Source: an uncultured virus (IMG/VR IMGVR_UViG_3300024239_000112) (taxonomy: Duplodnaviria > Heunggongvirae > Uroviricota > Caudoviricetes). From it: a stretch of 64,000 bases of DNA. The DNA lies in the IMG/VR virus record IMGVR_UViG_3300024239_000112, one strand, 5' to 3'. Positions 17,388 through 26,948 of the stretch are shown here, one piece after another (the first letter of the stretch is position 1; the number at the start of each line of letters is the position of its first letter). Both the position numbers and the translations under genes were made by a program. The notes below the pieces were generated by a model. It did not search any database and was not told where the DNA came from. It was given only the letters and a program-made list of their open reading frames with translations.

Positions 17388-17638
17388 AGGCGAAACTCGA
17401 CCCAACCTGCGTCATCGGCGACGACGGCAAGGGCCTGTTCCTTGTATCAGGCCGGCTCTACGGCGCCGACGATGATGACGCCTACCTGGTGCGAGCCCGC
17501 AGCAGTATCGACGCGATGGACGTGTTCCTCGCCGAGATCGACGTGCCGCAGGGCGATAATGGCGACTTCCTCATGGAAGAGGAAGGTGAGCCCACCCACT
17601 TCATCGTCACCATCGACTACGTCGGCGAGCTGGAGTGA
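17384..17638 (+). CDS. Hypothetical acidic protein
   Basis: ATGA coupling; 84 aa. Confidence 0.65.
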   Translation: MKAKLDPTCVIGDDGKGLFLVSGRLYGADDDDAYLVRARSSIDAMDVFLAEIDVPQGDNGDFLMEEEGEPTHFIVTIDYVGELE

Positions 17639-17641
17639 CGC

Positions 17642-17941
17642 ATGCCCCTTCAGCTGACTGAGCTGAAGCACGCCACCGCCGCCGACAAGCAGCCCGAACA
17701 CACCCTCGCCACCTACGAAATGTCCCACAGCAACGAAAAGACCACTCTCCGTCAGACGGTGAAGGTGGCCTGGATGCCGTGGGGCCCAGAGTTCCGCTAC
17801 TCCCTCCACGACTTCGAGGTGAAGACCTTCGACGAGGGGCGACTGCGCCTGGCGGATTGGTTCGAGCGGATGGCAGACGCGCTTCGCAACCCCGGAAAGA
17901 TCAACGACAAGTTTCCGCCGTACAGCGGCGAGAAGGAGTGA
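17642..17941 (+). CDS. Hypothetical protein
   Basis: GGAG SD; 99 aa. Confidence 0.65.
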   Translation: MPLQLTELKHATAADKQPEHTLATYEMSHSNEKTTLRQTVKVAWMPWGPEFRYSLHDFEVKTFDEGRLRLADWFERMADALRNPGKINDKFPPYSGEKE

Positions 17942-18957
17942 ACGTGAGCCGCGAACAGATCAACAGCAACGCCGGAGACCTCCACACCATGAGCCGGGAG
18001 ATCCTCGGGATCGACTGGTACGACACAGAGCCGGCAGCGCGCCGGGTGATTGAGTGGGTGGCCAAGAACCGCGCCGGCACGCCGTCGCACCGCTGGACAG
18101 AGGACCCGCACGCCGGCCAGTACGACGGAGAGCGGGCCGACCTGGCAATGGGCGACCTCACCGACGACGAGCTGGCCAATGCGGTCTTCATGTACGGCAA
18201 CCACATGCCAGAAATACTGGACGTCATAGCCGGCAAGGCGCAAATGCCGATCGCCTACCTGACCGCCGCCAAGGAACGTATCCGCTGGCTCAGTCGACGG
18301 TTGGACGCAACTCTGGAAGCGCTGGCCGTGTGGGACCGCCCAGAGCCTTGGGGCGAGAACGACATCATCCCGCTCGGCGAGGGCAGCATCACCGGTGAAG
18401 CGTATCGCCGAGGCGTGGAGGCCGGGCGCCGGCAGGTAGGAGGCACTCCGCTACTGGATGTCGTGGTCGATGCCATCGACCGCTACAAAGAAGACCCGGC
18501 GACCTACAGCCTGGACGGGCTGTTGGAAGACATCCGCTATGTGGCTAGCACCCAGCTGCCGGAAGGCCTCGAGGTCCGCGCCATGGGCGAGGCCAACACC
18601 TACGCCGTGCTCAAGGACGGCAACTGGGCGGCCAACGTCCGCATGAACGGCGAGATGACCGTCGACCGGCAGGCTGCCCTTCTGCACGCCGTATGCAGCG
18701 GGTGGAACGCTCAGGTGCCGATCAAGGTGGTCGCCGACATCTCCGGCGGCGCCCTGCACGGGGTCTACGCCGAGGTGCCGGTCGAGGTCCTCTTCATCAG
18801 CGATGACGGCGATGACATCGCCTCCCAGATGGAAGAGCTGAGCGACTACGAGATGCGCCGCGACACCGGCGGCAACCTGGTAGCCAGCTGGGTCCAGGCC
18901 TCTGATGGCGGACAAGACGCTGAGATGGTTCAGCATTACTTCGAGCAGAAGGTGTAG
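17938..18957 (+). CDS. Multi-domain hypothetical protein
   Basis: GTG start after AAGGAG; about 339 aa; mosaic appearance. Confidence 0.7.
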   Translation: MNVSREQINSNAGDLHTMSREILGIDWYDTEPAARRVIEWVAKNRAGTPSHRWTEDPHAGQYDGERADLAMGDLTDDELANAVFMYGNHMPEILDVIAGKAQMPIAYLTAAKERIRWLSRRLDATLEALAVWDRPEPWGENDIIPLGEGSITGEAYRRGVEAGRRQVGGTPLLDVVVDAIDRYKEDPATYSLDGLLEDIRYVASTQLPEGLEVRAMGEANTYAVLKDGNWAANVRMNGEMTVDRQAALLHAVCSGWNAQVPIKVVADISGGALHGVYAEVPVEVLFISDDGDDIASQMEELSDYEMRRDTGGNLVASWVQASDGGQDAEMVQHYFEQKV

Positions 18958-18960
18958 GCC

Positions 18961-19179
18961 ATGAACGTGCGCGTCTGCTCCATCCAGAAGACCGTATGGA
19001 AATCAAACCCACTCAGCGGGCACAGCTGGCCTGAGTACGGCCCGATCACAGGCTGGGAGGTCCGCAGGCCATTCGGTCAGTGGAGCAAACACCGCACCGA
19101 GGCCGCCGCTGAAAAGGAAGCGGATGAACTGAGAGCCTTCTACGAAAAGTACCCAGTCGAGGGATTGTGCAATGCCTAG
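18961..19179 (+). CDS. Hypothetical protein
   Basis: Tight operon packing. Confidence 0.6.
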   Translation: MNVRVCSIQKTVWKSNPLSGHSWPEYGPITGWEVRRPFGQWSKHRTEAAAEKEADELRAFYEKYPVEGLCNA

Positions 19180-19654
19180 ACACGAAATCCTCAGCCACAC
19201 CAGGATTGAGCAGCAGGTCCGCTCGCACTTCCAGATGATCGAGCACTGCCACGGAACGCTCGACCGCCTCAACAGCGTGATGTTCCCGCTCTGGCAGGAG
19301 TTGGCCAGCAAGACGCCTGGCGGCCGGCACCGGTACACGGCCTACACACGGGGCTTCGCCCGGGGCGTGTTCGATGCCTTCTGGCACACCCTGATGCAGG
19401 AGAAGGTCGAGTTCGTCTACAAGCTCCGCCGGGACGTGCCGCAGATCAACGCCAAGCGCGACGAACTGTTCAGCACCCACAAGCAGAGCGTCCACCGCCT
19501 GACGGAGGAGTTCTACGAGGCCGAGCTGGGCATCCTGCTGAGCGACGCCTACCACAGCCACGTGTGGAAGGGCACAGACAAGCCGATCGGCGCCTGGGCC
19601 ATGCCCAGGCCACGCCGAGACCATTACCCGGGAGTGAAACTCTATGCCGCGTAA
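19172..19654 (+). CDS. Hypothetical protein
   Basis: 160 aa; overlaps both neighbours. Confidence 0.65.
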   Translation: MPRHEILSHTRIEQQVRSHFQMIEHCHGTLDRLNSVMFPLWQELASKTPGGRHRYTAYTRGFARGVFDAFWHTLMQEKVEFVYKLRRDVPQINAKRDELFSTHKQSVHRLTEEFYEAELGILLSDAYHSHVWKGTDKPIGAWAMPRPRRDHYPGVKLYAA

Positions 19655-20138
19655 CATCAGCAAGACCGACCTGGTCGAAGCCCGCATAAACCAGTTCCAC
19701 GGCTCGACGGCGATCACCGCCGCCGCATTGGTACAGGGGCTGATGGCCTTCGCTGACGCCGACATGGAAGGCATGACGCTGGCACCCACCGCCGCCGAGG
19801 CAGCCGAATGTCTGAAGGAGCGCATCGGCACCACCGGCGATCGCTGGTACGGCGGCTGCCTGCTGCTGGCCATGGCGATGGCCGAGGTGGTAGACGACCT
19901 CTGCGACTTCGAGGACGGCGTCTTCACCTACGAGCACATCGAGGTGATGCCCAAGGCCCTCGAGTCCTTCACCCCGGCCAACAACCTGCCGGCCCACCTG
20001 ATGCAGGTGGTCGAGCCGGCCGCCTGGTACCACCTCAGCGAGAACTGGATGAAGCCCAGCCGCGAGTGCCTGGAGCAGGTGTTCAAGGAGTGGGCGGAGC
20101 TGGCCGGCGTACCGGTGAGGGAGCCAGAACATGGCTGA
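19644..20138 (+). CDS. Hypothetical protein
   Basis: 164 aa; GGAG SD. Confidence 0.7.
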   Translation: MPRNISKTDLVEARINQFHGSTAITAAALVQGLMAFADADMEGMTLAPTAAEAAECLKERIGTTGDRWYGGCLLLAMAMAEVVDDLCDFEDGVFTYEHIEVMPKALESFTPANNLPAHLMQVVEPAAWYHLSENWMKPSRECLEQVFKEWAELAGVPVREPEHG

Positions 20139-20331
20139 GGTCAAGGTCCTGATCGACCTCAAGGAGCTGGACGTGATGCTCAACCGCGCCATCGTGGCCG
20201 GTATCCACCTCCAGCAGATCAACAAATGGCCCGCCGGCCTCTCCCCGCTCCCCGACAACTTCAGGGAGGCGCGGGACGAGCAGCGCGAGGACCTTCTGCA
20301 GTACCACCACATTCCGAGGCGAAGAGCATGA
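20131..20331 (+). CDS. Hypothetical protein
   Basis: 66 aa; GGGAG SD. Confidence 0.6.
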   Translation: MAEVKVLIDLKELDVMLNRAIVAGIHLQQINKWPAGLSPLPDNFREARDEQREDLLQYHHIPRRRA

Positions 20332-20750
20332 GCGAGAACCTGAAGGTGGACATCGCCTGCAGCCACTGCGGCAGCCGAGACGTGTACCGAGACGCCACCG
20401 CTGACTGGAACCCATTGGCCCAGTGCTGGGAGTTGCGGGCCGTGATGGACCAAGGCTTCTGCGAAGACTGCGGCGGCGAGGCGACCCTTAAAGAACACCC
20501 GCTGGTAGAGGTGTTCGAGGTGACGGCCCACGGGTTCGTCGGCGACGGCAGCAAGGACGAGCTGTTGATCTGGGTGGCGGCCAACTCCGCCGAGGAGCTG
20601 GTTGAGGTCATCGGCGGCACCGGCGCCAGGTACTGCGGCACGGTGAACATCGAGCCTGACAACGACGCGGTGGACTTCACCCTTCCAGCCCAGCGGGAAG
20701 AGTTGCGAGCCCGCCTGAAGCAGTTCTTCGACAGCCCGATGGAGGGCTAG
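20328..20750 (+). CDS. Zn-ribbon hypothetical protein
   Basis: CSHC...CEDC; start corrected. Confidence 0.65.
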   Translation: MSENLKVDIACSHCGSRDVYRDATADWNPLAQCWELRAVMDQGFCEDCGGEATLKEHPLVEVFEVTAHGFVGDGSKDELLIWVAANSAEELVEVIGGTGARYCGTVNIEPDNDAVDFTLPAQREELRARLKQFFDSPMEG

Positions 20751-20753
20751 TAG

Positions 20754-20927
20754 GTGCGCAAAATCCTGATCGTCAACCACTACCACAAGGGCTGGGCAGA
20801 GGAAATCGCCGGCCTTCTCCGCTCCGTCAAGGCAGTAGAAGAGAAAGCCAAGAAAGACCCCTTCCACCCGGTGCCCCGCTCCAAAGGCGAGAAGGCCCGC
20901 AACCGAAGTCGCAGAGGTGTTCGATGA
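20754..20927 (+). CDS. Small basic protein (57 aa, below the ORF-track cutoff)
   Basis: GGAGG SD, GTG start; ends ...RSKGEKARNRSRRGVR. Confidence 0.55.
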   Translation: MRKILIVNHYHKGWAEEIAGLLRSVKAVEEKAKKDPFHPVPRSKGEKARNRSRRGVR

Positions 20928-21051
20928 AACCCGTCTACGTTGAGCGAATGGTCGGAGGTCAGCCGCAGGACCTCCTGGTGGATGACTGGTACTGGCAGGC
21001 GTGGAACGGCTGCTTCTGCCGTATCGAGGACCGGCGGCAGTGGTGCGACAA

Positions 21052-21216
21052 ATGAGCGGCCTCCTGTATCAGCTGGAGACCAAGGCCATGCCTGGCCAGA
21101 TCATGCGGATAGACGGCCCCTGGGACACCTGGGGCCGAGTGATCAAGCACCAGGCGTCGGGGTTCCACTTGATTCGAGGCCTCGGCCACAAGAAGCCAGT
21201 GGAGGTGCAACGATGA
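21052..21216 (+). CDS. Hypothetical protein
   Basis: ATGA coupling on both sides. Confidence 0.5.
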   Translation: MSGLLYQLETKAMPGQIMRIDGPWDTWGRVIKHQASGFHLIRGLGHKKPVEVQR

Positions 21217-22187
21217 CCCGCCTGCTGACACCCTTGGCGCTGGCCCTGGCCGGCGTCACCGCCGCCTCGGTCGGAATGGCCGTCCACCGGCTGATAGCAG
21301 ACCCGGTGCTGGCATGGATGTTCAGCGGCGCTGCGGGGCTGCTGGACGTGTTCAAGTACGCCGCCTGGCCGGTGGCCGCCCTTTTGCTCAGCGCGAAGCG
21401 TAGGGCCCTTGCAGGCTGCCTGGCGGCGTGCGCCCTACTCTTTGCCGGCGTGTCCGGCTGGGCGACCTTCGACAGGGTGGTCGGGGCGGTAGAGAACCGT
21501 GCCGCCGGCGGCGAGCAACGGCTGATCGACCTGGCCGAGCAGCAGGAGGAAGGTCGCAAGCGAGTGGCAGACCTGGACCTGCAGCTGGTCGAGGTGCGGC
21601 GCCAAGCCGCCTGGATGCGTGAGCGTGGCATGGTCAGCAAGGCGCAGGAGCTGGAGGGCGGGGCCATTGCCCGGGCCGATGCCGAGCGCACCGCCGCCCT
21701 GGGCCGGGTGGCCGCCGCCGCCGAGGAGCGTCAGCAGATCATCGCCGGCCGGGGTGCCGCGCTACCCCAGCGGGTGGTTCACCTCCTCGGCCTGGGATTC
21801 GCCCTGGCCCTGGAGGTGGTGCCGGTCCTGATCTTCCTCACCGGCGGCAAGCCAGCTGCTGAGTTACCGAGCCTGCCGGACACCGAGTTACCGCCGTCGA
21901 CGAAGGAGTTACTGGCGACCCAGGAACCTGTATTTACAGGAGAACACGCGGAAGTTTTCGAGGTGGCAGTGCCGGTCAAGTTGATCGAGCAGAAGCCCAA
22001 GCCAGCCCAGCCGGGCCGCGACGAGGACCTGCTGAAGGCGCTGCTTGCCGGCGGTGAGGAACTGATGAAGGTCAAGGACTTCGCCAAAGCCCACAGCATT
22101 GGCAACACCCGGGCCTCCGCCGTCTACAAGGCAGCAGAAGCAGCAGGCCACATCAGGAAGACAGCAGCCGGCTACGTCGTAGCCTGA
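21213..22187 (+). CDS. Multi-TM membrane protein with coiled coil and possible C-terminal HTH
   Basis: 3 N-terminal TM segments, coiled coil, a 4th TM, then an HTH-like tail; GGAGG SD. Confidence 0.7.
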   Translation: MTRLLTPLALALAGVTAASVGMAVHRLIADPVLAWMFSGAAGLLDVFKYAAWPVAALLLSAKRRALAGCLAACALLFAGVSGWATFDRVVGAVENRAAGGEQRLIDLAEQQEEGRKRVADLDLQLVEVRRQAAWMRERGMVSKAQELEGGAIARADAERTAALGRVAAAAEERQQIIAGRGAALPQRVVHLLGLGFALALEVVPVLIFLTGGKPAAELPSLPDTELPPSTKELLATQEPVFTGEHAEVFEVAVPVKLIEQKPKPAQPGRDEDLLKALLAGGEELMKVKDFAKAHSIGNTRASAVYKAAEAAGHIRKTAAGYVVA

Positions 22188-22231
22188 CCTGTATTAAAGC
22201 ATACAAGTAAATAAGTATTTAAGGATATGCG

Positions 22232-22459
22232 ATGGAAGCACTCACGAAGCACTCCCTCCTGAAGCACGCCAACACCACCACCTCAAACAGTTCATCTCCG
22301 CCACGCCAGCGCTACATCGACGCTGAGTTCGACGCCCTCGATATGGAAAACGGCGTCTACCTGAAGGTGCACTCCGCCGCCGGCGCGACCAAGTGGCTGA
22401 GCATCACCAAAGACCAAGTCCAGCGGATCAGAGAGATCCCCAAGGAGTCGCAGCAATGA
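22232..22459 (+). CDS. Hypothetical protein
   Basis: AAGGA SD after an AT-rich gap. Confidence 0.6.
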   Translation: MEALTKHSLLKHANTTTSNSSSPPRQRYIDAEFDALDMENGVYLKVHSAAGATKWLSITKDQVQRIREIPKESQQ

Positions 22460-23133
22460 AGACCGCCCCGCTCTACATCGCCCTGGCCACGCTGTGCCAG
22501 CGCTACCGCAACACCGCACGGCAGTTCGCCCTGGGCAACCCCAGCATGGCCGAGCACTGCCTGGAAGAAGCGCACCGACTGGTGCGTGAGTACATGCCGT
22601 CAGGCAGCGGCTTCGACGCCGGTACCGAGCTGGTGATCGACGTGTGCGACGAGCGTTGCCTGGTCTTCAAGACCGCCTTCCATCACATGGACGAGCATGG
22701 CGGCTACGCCGGCTGGACAGAGCACAAGGTGAAGGTGACCGCTGAGTTCGGCGGGTTCGACATCTACGTCGTCGGCCGGGACCGTGACCAGATCAAGGAC
22801 TACATCGCCGAGACCTTCCACCAGGCCCTCAACCTGGAGGTCGGCTACCGAGAACTGCCAGACAGCCCGAAAGAACCCGTGATGACCAAGGAGCAGCGTG
22901 CCAAGGCCGCCGCGACCATGGCCTTTATGAGCGTCGACGGCGGCCTGCAGCAGAACTGGTTGGCCTACCAGGAAGCCGAGCGAATTGCCGAAGAGTCCGG
23001 CAACGAGGAATGCATGGACGCCCTGATGGATGCCGAGTACGCCTCGCCCTGGGCCGCGATGGAAGGGCAGACCCTCAGCGAGTTGCTCGACCTGATCGAC
23101 TCCCACGCACAGACCATTCTGGAGGCCGCATGA
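22456..23133 (+). CDS. Conserved phage hypothetical protein (PSGSGFD motif)
   Basis: AAGGAG SD; start corrected. Confidence 0.7.
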   Translation: MKTAPLYIALATLCQRYRNTARQFALGNPSMAEHCLEEAHRLVREYMPSGSGFDAGTELVIDVCDERCLVFKTAFHHMDEHGGYAGWTEHKVKVTAEFGGFDIYVVGRDRDQIKDYIAETFHQALNLEVGYRELPDSPKEPVMTKEQRAKAAATMAFMSVDGGLQQNWLAYQEAERIAEESGNEECMDALMDAEYASPWAAMEGQTLSELLDLIDSHAQTILEAA

Positions 23134-23534
23134 GCCGCGTTAAAGCCATCGTTGAACTTGGCCCGCACCAGGGCAGCCCCTACGCCAACTGGGGCGTCTA
23201 CGAGGTCGGCCCAGACGCCTTCGAGGATCAGGGGGTATGGGAGCGAGACCTGCAAGAGATCCGGGAAATCCTGGATGACGTGGACACCGGTGAATCGCCG
23301 ATGGGGAGTTTCATCGACCAACTGGAGGACACCCTGACCCTCGCCTTCGAGCACCTGAACAGCCTGGAGATTCCGACTGGCGAGACCCGGGCGGTACGAA
23401 AGGACTTCGTTCTTCCGTACGACCAGGCCCACCGCGAGCTGCGGGACCAGGAGCTGGAAGTGCCGAAGGACAGCATCGACCCGCAGGACTTCTGCATGTC
23501 GATCAAGGTGACCACGATCGAGGAGGACGCCTGA
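23130..23534 (+). CDS. Acidic hypothetical protein
   Basis: GGAGG SD; coupled start. Confidence 0.7.
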   Translation: MSRVKAIVELGPHQGSPYANWGVYEVGPDAFEDQGVWERDLQEIREILDDVDTGESPMGSFIDQLEDTLTLAFEHLNSLEIPTGETRAVRKDFVLPYDQAHRELRDQELEVPKDSIDPQDFCMSIKVTTIEEDA

Positions 23535-23932
23535 TGAAATTCCTCGAACCCAAAGGCCGGTACGAGCCGCGCTATGAAGCGACCCTCGACGAGATGTTCG
23601 AGGAGATCGAGTTCATCCCCTACAACAAGGGAGTCTCCCCTCGCCGCACCGGCTGGCTGTTCGTCAGCGAAACCCAAATGAGCCGCGGCTACACCGGCGG
23701 CTGGTACTACGCCAAGTTCAAGCCAGACCTGATCGAGATGCTGGCCCCGTCCATCTTCAGCAACTCCCCAGAGAATCTGCACGAGGAGTTGAGTGCTGAG
23801 CTGGTCCGGTGGGAAGCCGGAGAGATCCGCCTCTACATGAGTTTCCAGAGGATCATCGGCAGCTACTGCATGGCTGTGCTCCGCGAGGAGGACGTTATCG
23901 CTTGGCTTGACCAGGCAAGGAAGGTGACCTGA
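23534..23932 (+). CDS. Hypothetical protein
   Basis: TGATG coupling. Confidence 0.7.
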   Translation: MKFLEPKGRYEPRYEATLDEMFEEIEFIPYNKGVSPRRTGWLFVSETQMSRGYTGGWYYAKFKPDLIEMLAPSIFSNSPENLHEELSAELVRWEAGEIRLYMSFQRIIGSYCMAVLREEDVIAWLDQARKVT

Positions 23933-24234
23933 TGGATCTCGAAATTCACACCATCCCGGTGATCAGCACCGCACACATTACCGAGGAGGTCGCCCAGCAG
24001 CTGCGCCGCAACCCCTACCGATGGTGCGCCGGCACAGCCTTCTCCGACTACGGGTTCTTCCTCTTCCTCGACGACCCGACCCCGGAGCGCGGGGATACCG
24101 TACCGCAGTGCCTCCTCGACATCCTCGACTGGCGGATGAAGTTGGAGCGCGAAGGCAAGCTAGACAATTCCCGCTGGGTCCGCCTCGACTGCGACGCCGA
24201 CCCGGTGGACGGTCTCCCTACCTACGACTGGTGA
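23932..24234 (+). CDS. DUF5983-like protein
   Basis: ISTAHI, YGFF, P..L..I, D.DA.PV.GLPTYDW pattern. Confidence 0.65.
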   Translation: MDLEIHTIPVISTAHITEEVAQQLRRNPYRWCAGTAFSDYGFFLFLDDPTPERGDTVPQCLLDILDWRMKLEREGKLDNSRWVRLDCDADPVDGLPTYDW

Positions 24235-24238
24235 CCCC

Positions 24239-24478
24239 ATGCACGGAACAGTACACAGCGAGCAGCCCCTCGCCCTACACACCCGTATCGGCAGCATCAG
24301 CGACGGAGACACCGAGCTGGAGCTGCTGGTCGCCCTGCCGCTGCACACCCCGATGATCGTCCACCCCGACGGCCGCACCTGGACCCTGAACTGGGAGCAG
24401 CTGGCCGAGATGGCCTACGCCTCCTTCAACCACGACAAGGTGCTGGAGATAGCCAAGGGGGTGCCATGCCCCGAGTAA
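24239..24478 (+). CDS. Hypothetical protein
   Basis: 79 aa, in operon. Confidence 0.55.
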   Translation: MHGTVHSEQPLALHTRIGSISDGDTELELLVALPLHTPMIVHPDGRTWTLNWEQLAEMAYASFNHDKVLEIAKGVPCPE

Positions 24479-24807
24479 CCAAGCAGCAGGCAGCCCAGTT
24501 CCGCAAGGAAGCCGAGGCCACCCTGGCCCGGCTCGGCGCCGTACTGGTAGACGCCGGCCGCATGTACCTCTACAGCCTCCAGACCCACGCCGGCGAGCTG
24601 CGCATCATCATCGACGACGACGGCCTGATGTGCCGGTTCGAGGACGTGCCCAAGGCCAAGGAGGAGCTCTACAGCAGCCTCTACGGCCTGGATGACCGCC
24701 TCAACCCCTTCAGCGGCAAATGGAACTGGCACGGCCTCGACTGCCTGCCGGCATTCGAGTTCATCGTTGACCGCGACCTGAAAATCCACACCGAGGATTG
24801 CGCATGA
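24466..24807 (+). CDS. Hypothetical protein (NPFSGKWNWH motif)
   Basis: 113 aa. Confidence 0.65.
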   Translation: MPRVTKQQAAQFRKEAEATLARLGAVLVDAGRMYLYSLQTHAGELRIIIDDDGLMCRFEDVPKAKEELYSSLYGLDDRLNPFSGKWNWHGLDCLPAFEFIVDRDLKIHTEDCA

Positions 24808-25256
24808 AATTCGAGCAACTGCCAGAACAGGCTCAGAAGGTAGTCGCCCAGATGGCTGACCACCTGGCCACTCAACGCAAGGTCTCCGGAAAGCCTGGTT
24901 ACTCCTGCCTGTACCGTTCACCAAACGGCTGCAAGTGCGCAGTGGGCCTCCTGATCCCTGACGAGCTCTACACCCCCTACATCGAGGACGTCGACATTCA
25001 GGCGATCATGGATACCGAGGCCGGCGTGTGCCGTGACATCTCTGACCACCTGCACAGCCTGATGCCTGGCCTGCCCACCAACCAGGTCATGGAGGTTCTC
25101 TCCGGAGCTCAGATCTACCACGACCGCAGCAAGACTATCTTCAACCTCCCCAGCTACTCGACAGACCTCGAAAACTACAAGGACTTCGAGCACAAGGACC
25201 TGGCACGGATCCTCCGCAACGGAATCGCCGCCAACATCAGCGCGGAGGAGTTTTAG
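24804..25256 (+). CDS. Conserved phage hypothetical protein (CLYR..G.KCAVG.LI)
   Basis: GAGGA SD; motif recurrent in phages. Confidence 0.7.
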   Translation: MKFEQLPEQAQKVVAQMADHLATQRKVSGKPGYSCLYRSPNGCKCAVGLLIPDELYTPYIEDVDIQAIMDTEAGVCRDISDHLHSLMPGLPTNQVMEVLSGAQIYHDRSKTIFNLPSYSTDLENYKDFEHKDLARILRNGIAANISAEEF

Positions 25257-25339
25257 GGTGACGCATGTCGCTCAAGATAACCGTCACGGGCCTGGGCCGG
25301 CGAGTGCAGGCTCAAGCCGAGAACAAATAGGAGATCACC

Positions 25340-25693
25340 ATGAACAGTGTCCCGTTTCACCTCTGCATTAGCGGCTCAGTAGAGACTGAGCTCGACAGCA
25401 CCCTGGCGACTGAGCGCCTTCTCGGGAACCTCGACGCTGCGGTCAGCGCCCTTACTGGCGAGGGCATGATCACTGCTTTCGACGACATGGAGCTGGAGTG
25501 TTTCTCATCCCTGGTAAACGCGGGCCCTAACGCGGCCTACGAGGGGTTCCGGGAGGCCGCCACCCGGATTCGGCTGGAGGGCTACGCAGTGGTCGTGTTC
25601 AGCCCTGAAGAGCTGGGAGGCGTAGATCCACGCACCCTGCAGAACCGCCTGGTAGAGCTCGGCAACCAAGCTATCGATGACTTGAAGGAGTAG
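25340..25693 (+). CDS. Hypothetical protein
   Basis: AGGAG SD. Confidence 0.65.
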   Translation: MNSVPFHLCISGSVETELDSTLATERLLGNLDAAVSALTGEGMITAFDDMELECFSSLVNAGPNAAYEGFREAATRIRLEGYAVVVFSPEELGGVDPRTLQNRLVELGNQAIDDLKE

Positions 25694-25696
25694 CCC

Positions 25697-26224
25697 ATGA
25701 CCTGGAAATGCCCCAACTGCGGTAGCAAGAAACTCTCCGTAATGGTCTGCGTATCAGCCGATCTCACCCAGAGCGGTGACAACTTCGAGACCGACCCGAA
25801 CGGCGATCACGAGTGGGACGGAGACTCCCTGATGACCTGCAGCAGCTGCAACTACTGCTCGGCGTCCCGCCAATTCGACCAGGGCATCAGCGAGGAGCAG
25901 GCCCTGGCCCGCATCCTGCGCCACTTGGCCAAGCTGGGCTGGATGCCGGTTGAGGTCTACGACGAGGACGATCCGAGCGACCTGTCCGGCATGTCTGTAG
26001 ACGAGGTGGTAGAGGAGTGCCGAGCATTCAGCGACTGCCGCCTGCGAGTAAGCAACGATGGCAAGGTGGGCTCCATCTACCTGGTGTGGGGCAACAGCCC
26101 TATGGAGCTGATCGCCGATCACACCACCCGATGGGGGCTCGACGAAGCGGTTGACGCAGCGCTGTACAGCATCTGGCCGCTCTACCCGGACCACAGCAGC
26201 GAGATCGCCGCGGAGGTGCAGTAG
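25697..26224 (+). CDS. Zn-ribbon two-domain hypothetical protein
   Basis: CPNC...CSSC; AAGGAG SD. Confidence 0.7.
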   Translation: MTWKCPNCGSKKLSVMVCVSADLTQSGDNFETDPNGDHEWDGDSLMTCSSCNYCSASRQFDQGISEEQALARILRHLAKLGWMPVEVYDEDDPSDLSGMSVDEVVEECRAFSDCRLRVSNDGKVGSIYLVWGNSPMELIADHTTRWGLDEAVDAALYSIWPLYPDHSSEIAAEVQ

Positions 26225-26613
26225 TGGCCATCACCAAAGCAGCAGAGATGAAGGACGCCCTGCGGAACGGCAGCAAGCACTTCTGCCCGGTGTGCCGCAG
26301 CGACAAGCTGGTCATCGGGCGTCTTGACGTCATCAGCCCGCTGCATGCAGAGCAGGAGGTCGGTTGCGTAAGCTGCCAATCCACCTGGACGCTGAGCTAC
26401 GCCTTCAGCGAGATCCTGAAGCTGGAGAGTAACGACCACCAGATGGGGCCGGAGGAGCTACGCGAGAAGTACGACGGCTCCCAAGGCACAAACTGGGGCC
26501 AGCACCCCGAATACCCCATGCACGTCTGGCAAGACGAGGTCGCCGGCTTGGACACCAGGCTCGGATACTGGGAGTGGGTGGTGCATCAGCTAGAGGGTGC
26601 ACCCAATGCCTGA
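26224..26613 (+). CDS. Zn-ribbon hypothetical protein
   Basis: CPVC...CVSC; C-terminal TRLGYWEWV module. Confidence 0.7.
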   Translation: MAITKAAEMKDALRNGSKHFCPVCRSDKLVIGRLDVISPLHAEQEVGCVSCQSTWTLSYAFSEILKLESNDHQMGPEELREKYDGSQGTNWGQHPEYPMHVWQDEVAGLDTRLGYWEWVVHQLEGAPNA

Positions 26614-26780
26614 CCAACTGCCCATCAGACTGGTCAAGAACGAGGACAAGTCAGTGACCGGATGCCTGCCAGGCGGGAAGGTCATCCACTGGCCCATGTA
26701 CGCCTCAAACCGCCCCACCCGCCGTAACAAGCGGGTGATGGTCAATTGCTATTGGTGGAAACCGGTCTGGGAGGACCTCG

Positions 26781-26948
26781 ATGCTCTACGCCCTGATGAT
26801 CCACTTCTGCACAGAAACCCGGTGCGAAGATCACCACCTCAACAACTGGCCGAGCCTTGCCGAGTGCGAAGCTCAGGCTACCAATTACCGTCTGCAGTCC
26901 CCCGGCGAGTATCTGCTGACCTGCACCCCTAAAGGAGTCGATCGATGA
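26781..26948 (+). CDS. Small Cys-containing protein, DUF1482/YebW-like (below the track cutoff)
   Basis: GGAGGA SD; MLYALMIHFC...CED......S..EC; stop overlaps the next ATG. Confidence 0.5.
   Translation: MLYALMIHFCTETRCEDHHLNNWPSLAECEAQATNYRLQSPGEYLLTCTPKGVDR

Noticed and set aside
26606..26932. Full-length 108-aa ORF as given in the track
   Set aside because: Its 3' half overlaps a better-supported ORF (26781..26948, strong SD, coupled to the next gene); only the 5' half looks coding, so its extent is uncertain
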